Translations under genes and position numbers: made by a program
In this document: positions 25,401 to 29,593 of the stretch, in pieces
Numbering within the stretch: position 1 is the stretch's first letter
How the letters are laid out: each line of letters begins with the position of its first letter
The notes under the pieces: model-generated
Databases searched by the model: none
The model's input: only the letters and a program-made list of their open reading frames with translations
What the model was told of the DNA's origin: nothing
Source: Candidatus Sericytochromatia bacterium
GTDB taxonomy: Bacteria; Cyanobacteriota; Sericytochromatia; UBA7694; JACMQJ01
Direction: 5' to 3'
Assembly (NCBI GenBank): GCA_014377055.1
Contig: JACMQJ010000183.1
Span: 1 to 29,593, forward strand
Length of the DNA stretch: 29,593 nt

Positions 25401-26564
25401 CTATCTTTTAGGGCCAGAATAAAGATATTTAGGTCTGATAATAGGTGTACCTTTTCCACCTCTTGCATCTCTTCTTTCATAGATGATTTGAGCTGCAATA
25501 CCTACACAACGTGACATACCAAAAAGTACTGTATAATAATTTTCATCAGTTAGACCAACAGAGGTTAATAATGATCCAGATACTGCATCAACATTAGGGT
25601 ATGGACTTGATACTTTTGGTTGCTTTTTAAGAAATTCTGTACCAAGTTTTCTCATAGCAACAGCCATTCTAAATATTTTGTTATCAGGAGCTATTTTTTC
25701 ACCAAGATCATACTGTACTGTTGCTCTTGGGTCTTCTACTCTTAAAACTGCATGTCCAAAACCAAATAACTTTTTACCTTGAGCAAATAAATCATCAATA
25801 TATTTATTAACTTCATCATCATTAGTTGGGTCGTTAACTGTTTCTAAAGCTGTTTTTAAGAATCTAAGACATTCTTGATTTGCCATACCATGTAAAGGTC
25901 CAGCTAGTGCCGCCATTGCTCCCATGAGAGAACCATACATATCTTCTAAACCAGAAGCTACTGCTTTCCCAACAAAAGTCGAAAGATTACCACCACTATG
26001 ATCGTAATGTAAAACATTGAATACTTTCATCAAAAGTAATAAATCTTTGGTGGCATTAGGAGGATTAAGCATTGCTACAAAATTTTCGATATATCCAAGC
26101 TCTGGATTGGAAGCAATAGTATCACCCCAACCTGAACGAATTCTGTAAATTGCCGCTACCAATTCTGGTAGTTGTGCAACAACATTCATCCCATCTTTAA
26201 CATAATCATCTTCACCGCTGTACATACCCATAAGATTTAATCCATGAAGAAACCATTTCATTGGATGTCCTTCTTTTGGAAGAGTTTTAAGATTTGCTAT
26301 AACTCCAGGATGCAATTTTGAGTGAGCAATCAACTGTTTTTTGAAATCTGCAAGTTGTTCAGGATTTGGCATTTCACCATTAAATAATAAATATATTACT
26401 TCTTCTGGTTGATTATAAGCTAATTTGTCTATAGGATAGCCAGAATAAAATAAGCCTAATAAAGGATCAACATTACTTGTTGTACAATATCCTACTGGAA
26501 CACCTCTAAGACCTGTTTCAAGGTTGTCCTTTGTGATTGTAAATAAAACTTCTGAATCAGCCAT
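25401..26564 (-). CDS. gltA: Citrate synthase
   Basis: GLRGVP, HYDHSGGNLS, AALAGPLHGMANQE, GFGHAVLRVEDPR, PNVDAVSG, FGMSRCVG. Confidence 0.92.
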   Translation of the reverse strand: MADSEVLFTITKDNLETGLRGVPVGYCTTSNVDPLLGLFYSGYPIDKLAYNQPEEVIYLLFNGEMPNPEQLADFKKQLIAHSKLHPGVIANLKTLPKEGHPMKWFLHGLNLMGMYSGEDDYVKDGMNVVAQLPELVAAIYRIRSGWGDTIASNPELGYIENFVAMLNPPNATKDLLLLMKVFNVLHYDHSGGNLSTFVGKAVASGLEDMYGSLMGAMAALAGPLHGMANQECLRFLKTALETVNDPTNDDEVNKYIDDLFAQGKKLFGFGHAVLRVEDPRATVQYDLGEKIAPDNKIFRMAVAMRKLGTEFLKKQPKVSSPYPNVDAVSGSLLTSVGLTDENYYTVLFGMSRCVGIAAQIIYERRDARGGKGTPIIRPKYLYSGPKR

Positions 26565-26826
26565 AACTATTTCCTTATCTTCTAATAATTACATAAATTT
26601 ATCTAAAAAAACTCTTATATGATTTGATTAAAACAAATATATAATTTATCACCTTATAAGTGAATCACTTTATAGATCTAATGTCAATTATCACGACTGA
26701 TTATGACATGACTTTTATCATTTTTTTTAATCACAATAATTAAATTTGATTTAAAAGGGTAATACTTTACGGTTATCTCTTACTTCTTTTAAGAACTTAC
26801 TTTTTAAGATTTATTTAAGTAAAATT

Positions 26827-28029
26827 TTAGTCATCTATTATTGAAGATTTTAATCTTTTTTTAAATTCAGCCACTGGCATGCTATCTAATGTTCCAGATT
26901 GAGTATTTTGAAAATAAACATCTTTATCATCAACTTTTTGAATAACAACATAATGGAGATCCACAACTCGATCAGCGCTATAAAGAGCTATTGGTTGCTT
27001 ACCTGTATTAGCAGCTTCTTTCATTTTATCAAAAGCGTTCCAAACTTTATTTGATACACTTTTACCCATTATACTTTCAGATAATGATGTAAGTAAAACT
27101 GGATTAGCCGCAGAGTCACCACTTCTAACAGATTTACTATCGCCATTATCATTATTAACGTTATAGTCAGCTAAATCATGTATATAAGCATTGCCAAAAG
27201 CTCTGTCACCACCAATTAAAGCAACATTTCTCATTACAGCAGACTGAAAAATAATATTAAAATCTTTTCTATTTTCACTAGATCCACCAGTCATAGTACT
27301 TCCAGAATGCCAATTAAGAGAACCTGTTCCAGCTTTTAATTTTGTTCCGTCTCTCAATGTTGCCTCACCATTTTTAGCCAAGTCTTTGGTTATTCTAACT
27401 AATTCAGCAGGATCTTTACTCCACAAATGGTTTTGTAATGCCCCAGCTCCACAAGTACCATGTTGACCCTGAGTAATATTATTTCTATCATTTAAAATAC
27501 TAATAGTTTCTTCTGCTAACTGTTTTCCATTTACTCCTGGTTTGTTAGGGCCTTGTATCATATCGGAAATATTTTCCATTACTCTTCTAGGTGTAGAGTC
27601 TAGCATGGTTAGTTTTCCAGAGTTTAGCAAAGATATTAGCTCACTTTTATTACTAACATTATTAAGTAAAAAAGAAAATTTTTCTCTTAGTTGAGGATTC
27701 ATTTGATTTATTTTTTTTACAGAGTTTTCATCTCCACCATTACTTAAAACTTGCATATCAATTTCTAAGTTCTTTGTGGCATTAGCTGAGGGTTCATTAA
27801 ACTGTATAGAGATAGGGCTTTGATTGCTTGTAGAAGATTTTAGCTGAGTAACATTTGACTGATCCATTAGTCCTATCAAAAAAGCTTTTTCATCTTTACT
27901 TAGGTTATTTTTTTCAGCTGTTTTAATTAATGCTGTTAGATCTTTTGCATCTATGTTCCCATCTTTGGCTCTACTAATAGCTTCTTTAAGAAGACCTGAA
28001 CCTAGATTACCTGTATTAATATTAACCAC
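26827..28029 (-). CDS. Hypothetical protein with C-terminal papain-like cysteine protease domain
   Basis: ITQGQHGTCGAGALQ (oxyanion Gln and Cys), LHYVVI (His) and YFQN (Asn) 16 residues later. GTG 28029 has a GGAG RBS 8 nt upstream (track start 28068). Confidence 0.6.
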   Translation of the reverse strand: MVNINTGNLGSGLLKEAISRAKDGNIDAKDLTALIKTAEKNNLSKDEKAFLIGLMDQSNVTQLKSSTSNQSPISIQFNEPSANATKNLEIDMQVLSNGGDENSVKKINQMNPQLREKFSFLLNNVSNKSELISLLNSGKLTMLDSTPRRVMENISDMIQGPNKPGVNGKQLAEETISILNDRNNITQGQHGTCGAGALQNHLWSKDPAELVRITKDLAKNGEATLRDGTKLKAGTGSLNWHSGSTMTGGSSENRKDFNIIFQSAVMRNVALIGGDRAFGNAYIHDLADYNVNNDNGDSKSVRSGDSAANPVLLTSLSESIMGKSVSNKVWNAFDKMKEAANTGKQPIALYSADRVVDLHYVVIQKVDDKDVYFQNTQSGTLDSMPVAEFKKRLKSSIIDD

Positions 28030-28127
28030 TTGACAAACTCCAATCAAAAATTTAGAGATAAAAACCATAATAGTCTTATATATTTATTTTACAAAATATT
28101 TCTCAACTTAATATGTTATTAATATAA

Positions 28128-29426
28128 CTACTTATTAATTTCTATAGTCAAAAATCTTTGGTCATCATCATTAAAATATCCTAACAAGATTTTTTCGATA
28201 GTTAATTGGTGTTCTTCACTAATAGACTTTTTAGTATATTCATTAATCTGAGTAACTATTTCTTTAATATCAATCTTAATATTATTCTTTAAATCCAAAA
28301 TGTATCTGCTTATTACTTTTTCTATTTCATCTTGATAATCAATATTCCATACCTCAAATCTTTCTTTAATTAATCCTAAAAAAAATGTTGTATCTCTTTC
28401 TTGACCATCAAGATTAATTAATGCTTCTGGTGTATTGGTTATTTTTGCAACTCTTTCAGATGTCTTTTTGATTGATATTTTACTAACATAATCTTTGAGT
28501 TTGTAATATGTATAATCAAAGCTTGGATCGGTTGTAAATTCACCATAATAGTTACGGACAAATGGGTTATCTGTATTATTTTTATCCAAAAAATTATTTA
28601 TTAAATGTAAATTTTCTAAGCTAAAAAATCCATAGTCATGAAATAAGATAGTTCCTTTTTCTTTTAGGCTTTGATAAAGAAAAAACAAAGTTTCATAAGA
28701 ATTGTCTGAAATAGCAATTATTGCATCATTAGGATAAAACTGATAATAGTATTCTACTTCTTTACTAAAAATACGCCTTTTAAAGGATATATCAAAAGAT
28801 AATATTTTCCCTATTTCTGGAGTAAAAACATCAGGGAATTTGTTTTTATAATATATTTTTTTTAGTATTTTTTTCATCTGTTTTTCAATTAATAGAGGAA
28901 GTCTATTTTTTGAGTAAGCCTTGATCCAAATATCATATAGTTTATTATTATTTTTATAGACAAATCTATTGGGAATATCACCAAATAACTCATTACCATA
29001 AAACATATCTGCTGAAAGTGTTTCAATAAAGCTAGTGCTTAAAATATTGCCTATTTGCTTTTTTAAAATTACTTCTGATTCATTAATTAATTTCCATCTC
29101 GACAAATCAATATCTTTTAGATCGGTTAAAGTTATGGAGTTAAGGTATTTACTTAATTCATCAATATCCTTTTCTATTAAATCAATAATTGATCCTGTTC
29201 CAACTGCTGTTACAGTCAAATTTATTCGCCTATTAAATCTTTTACTCGTGTCAATAATAGTTTGTTTGGTAATAATAAATTGAGTTGGATTGTTAACAGC
29301 AGAATCAAGGCTGGATATATCATCAAAAGAATGATTTAGATAAAACTGTAAATTCCAATTAGCAAAGAGCCTTTTCGGGTTAAATGGTAAAAAATTTAAA
29401 TATCTTTTTTCATTGATAGACAACAA
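28128..29426 (-). CDS. Putative SAM-dependent methyltransferase, MidA/NDUFAF7-like (divergent)
   Basis: VTAVGTGS (degenerate motif I), FYGNELFGDIP (cf. xxNExxDAxP), GTILFHDYG (cf. xxxDYG), YYGEFTTDPSF (cf. DITxxVDF). Confidence 0.5.
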   Translation of the reverse strand: MLSINEKRYLNFLPFNPKRLFANWNLQFYLNHSFDDISSLDSAVNNPTQFIITKQTIIDTSKRFNRRINLTVTAVGTGSIIDLIEKDIDELSKYLNSITLTDLKDIDLSRWKLINESEVILKKQIGNILSTSFIETLSADMFYGNELFGDIPNRFVYKNNNKLYDIWIKAYSKNRLPLLIEKQMKKILKKIYYKNKFPDVFTPEIGKILSFDISFKRRIFSKEVEYYYQFYPNDAIIAISDNSYETLFFLYQSLKEKGTILFHDYGFFSLENLHLINNFLDKNNTDNPFVRNYYGEFTTDPSFDYTYYKLKDYVSKISIKKTSERVAKITNTPEALINLDGQERDTTFFLGLIKERFEVWNIDYQDEIEKVISRYILDLKNNIKIDIKEIVTQINEYTKKSISEEHQLTIEKILLGYFNDDDQRFLTIEINK

Positions 29427-29593
29427 TTAAAAATTTACTCCCAAAGAAATATTTAAGTTTTTGTTCTAATATATCATAATTTCTGCAAAAATTAAAATTT
29501 TATAAGATTTAAATTTTACTATCGAAAATTATTATGTATTTAAGTTCACATCACGACAAATATTTTAGAATATGTTGAAAGTATTGTATTAAT

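Noticed and set aside
22915-29283. Short ORFs 22915-23232, 23606-23806 and 29035-29283
   Set aside because: Antisense shadows of longer, motif-supported minus-strand genes.

Overview
A very AT-rich bacterial chromosomal window, densely coding on both strands. I found no rRNA, tRNA or CRISPR array. It carries recognisable housekeeping genes: an IGHMBP2/Upf1-like SF1 helicase, serB, RNase Z, corA, saccharopine dehydrogenase, a rhomboid protease, trxA, a PepE-like peptidase, a TolB-like lipoprotein, coaD and citrate synthase. Two families best known from cyanobacteria (an LdpA-like 2x[4Fe-4S] protein and a DUF3370-like protein) occur with no photosynthesis or kai genes in the window, so a non-photosynthetic relative of the Cyanobacteria (e.g. 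Sericytochromatia) is a plausible but unproven source. The main leads are: (1) an outer-membrane beta-barrel-like protein fused to a C-terminal CxxCH cytochrome c domain; (2) a 1385-aa cytoplasmic protein joining MshEN/GspE-N-like domains and a zinc ribbon to three beta-propellers with no ATPase; (3) an Rpn PD-(D/E)XK nuclease with a strong internal Shine-Dalgarno/ATG that would give a 98-aa intragenic antitoxin; (4) an orphan made of ~10 15-aa helical repeats plus a zinc ribbon; (5) an unannotated papain-like Cys-His-Asn protease; (6) small intergenic palindromic repeat elements. All family assignments come from motif recognition and memory, not from database searches.
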